IMG/VR virus record: IMGVR_UViG_2706795976_000001 | Location: 34,137-98,136 of that record | From: a virus | Lineage: Duplodnaviria > Caudoviricetes | Strand: one strand, 5' to 3' | Length of the DNA: 64,000 nucleotides | Shown: one piece after another, positions 62,661 through 64,000 of the stretch | How positions within the stretch are numbered: position 1 is the first letter of the stretch | How the letters are laid out: every line of letters starts with the position of its first letter | Position numbers and translations under genes: made by a program | Notes under the pieces: model-generated | Told to the model about the DNA's origin: nothing | The model's input: the letters and a program-made list of their open reading frames with translations, nothing else | Databases searched by the model: none

Positions 62661-63152
62661 TCAGTAGTGAGTTGCAATAGCCTTCGCCGGATCGATTAGG
62701 TAGGCGTGGCAAAAAGCTACTTGGTCATCAGGAAAGCGATGGTTGGCAGTTGTGTACTCGACTTGTCCAATCGTATCGGCCACGTACAACCGTATGGCAG
62801 ACTCACTCACTCCCAATCCGCGTAGAGTTGGGATATGGTGGCGTGTCTGGACATGAGTTTCACCTACCGGGGTAAAGTCCAGCCCGTGCAACAAATGTCC
62901 ATCCAAGTCATGCCAGAACCGAAACGCGTAGTTTGTTTCGTGATCGGGATAGATGGTTGCATCACTTCCGCCGGACCATACGGTAAGCGTGTCCGATTGG
63001 GCCCGGTAGTGCTCGCACAACGTTTCGTACGTGTTGGGGGCATCGTCGGCGATGGACAACGTTCGGCCGGTACGTGCGCTCGCACGCCTAGCGAGAACTG
63101 TCACAGCGCGCGCTAGTTCAGTCGACGCACGTTCGAATTCGATGTCAATCAT
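62661..63152 (-). CDS. Hypothetical protein, first gene of the leftward block
   Basis: APNTY...VWSGGSD.TIY...NYAFRFWHD..H...DFT..GE. Confidence 0.6.
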   Translation of the reverse strand: MIDIEFERASTELARAVTVLARRASARTGRTLSIADDAPNTYETLCEHYRAQSDTLTVWSGGSDATIYPDHETNYAFRFWHDLDGHLLHGLDFTPVGETHVQTRHHIPTLRGLGVSESAIRLYVADTIGQVEYTTANHRFPDDQVAFCHAYLIDPAKAIATHY

Positions 63153-63299
63153 TTTTCGATCCTCTCACAATTTGGGGAGTACTGGCAACCGTGGCGCGCG
63201 TACCGGGTGGCCGATACGCGACCATGGTTGTCAGTGACCCGTGTGCATAGGGACCATTATGCCCCTGACATGCGGATATCTGGTAGTGGGAGTCATGCC

Positions 63300-63900
63300 C
63301 TAGGGGAATTGTTACGCAACTGTGACCATTGCAGAGAACAGGGTATCCCTATGTCCTACCCCTAGGGTGAAACGTCACTGTGACTAATACATGTATACGT
63401 ATACTAGCTACCCATGGGTAGGGTAGGGTAGGGTACCCTACCCATGGCCGTGCCTATGGTACGGACGTACCAACAATCATCTACCTATTTAGAATTAAAC
63501 ATCTAACTATTTAAGATTGAACATCTAACTAATTGAATGGCACTATCGTACCAGTAAGGGCACCCTAACTAGTACGCCTGTACCATACTGCAGGCGTACC
63601 CCATGGGGGTATCGGCTCGGAATGGTACGCGCGTACCAAACCCGCTCGAGGGTACCCCCTAGGGGTATCGGCTCGGAATGGTACGGCCGTACAACTTAGG
63701 CAACCCTAACTAGTACGATCGTGCCAAACCTCGGGCACGGGTACCCCTGGGGGGTATGCGCCATACCCTAGGGGGGTACCGGTATCGGCGAGAATTGGTA
63801 CGCGCGTACAACTTAGGTCACCCTAACTAGTACGATCGTGCCAGAATCTGGCGGGGGTACCCCATGGGGGTATGCCCGTTTGGCACGGCCGTACCAAAAC
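63300..63900. repeat. Non-coding modular array of palindromic operator-like sites
   Basis: 5x TACCC-N5-GGGTA, 3x TWAGG-N4-CCTAA, 9x TRGYAC-N4-GTRCMA, 3x 22-bp AT-rich repeat, (GGGTA)4. Confidence 0.9.
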
Positions 63901-64000
63901 CCGAAAGTCGGTGCCGCCCAACGTCTTTCGCGGCCGACCGCCAAAACCGTTGCGGCGCTTGCCAACCCCCCTCCCCGGGGGTCGCCGCCGCGCGAAGCTC

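Noticed and set aside
63367-63378. GTGAAACGTCAC as a parS or CRP/GlxR site
   Set aside because: Does not match GTTTCACGTGAAAC, nor the TGTGA-N6-TCACA spacing
63450-63900. End repeats as a CRISPR array
   Set aside because: No constant repeat with unique, equal-length spacers; the modules themselves are re-used and there are no cas genes

Overview
The window is the right-hand ~64 kb of a high-GC, probably temperate, tailed actinobacteriophage (Gordonia/Rhodococcus/Mycobacterium type; the host cannot be fixed from sequence). In order: (1) the end of a GH19-type lysin A, holin and lysis membrane genes (1-1.7 kb); (2) minor tail/fibre genes and a secreted trypsin-like protease, closed by a terminator (1.7-8.3 kb); (3) a long rightward middle region (8.5-53 kb) with exonuclease VII (xseA/xseB), RtcB, a 2OG-Fe(II)-like oxygenase, a metallophosphoesterase, a tyrosine integrase, RecE/RecT, excisionase, ThyX, a RepA-like initiator with an internal origin-like repeat, primase-helicase, NrdH, SSB, WhiB, a Stealth-like protein, endonuclease VII, a pol-beta nucleotidyltransferase, a secreted cutinase and several free-standing HNH genes; (4) a leftward block of small genes (53-63.2 kb) with duplicated strong promoters, probably the early region; (5) a ~750-bp non-coding end segment. 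The most striking feature is that end segment. It is a modular array of palindromic operator-like sites: 5 exact CsoR/RicR-type boxes, 3 IdeR/DtxR-like cores, 9 copies of an unassigned 16-bp palindrome, GlnR/MtrA-like boxes, three 22-bp AT-rich repeats and a G4 motif. This suggests the phage recruits or titrates host transcription factors. Other candidates are a dispersed RNA end-repair toolkit, a mini tRNA-like element and a structured small RNA. All protein calls rest on motifs recognised by eye, without database searches.
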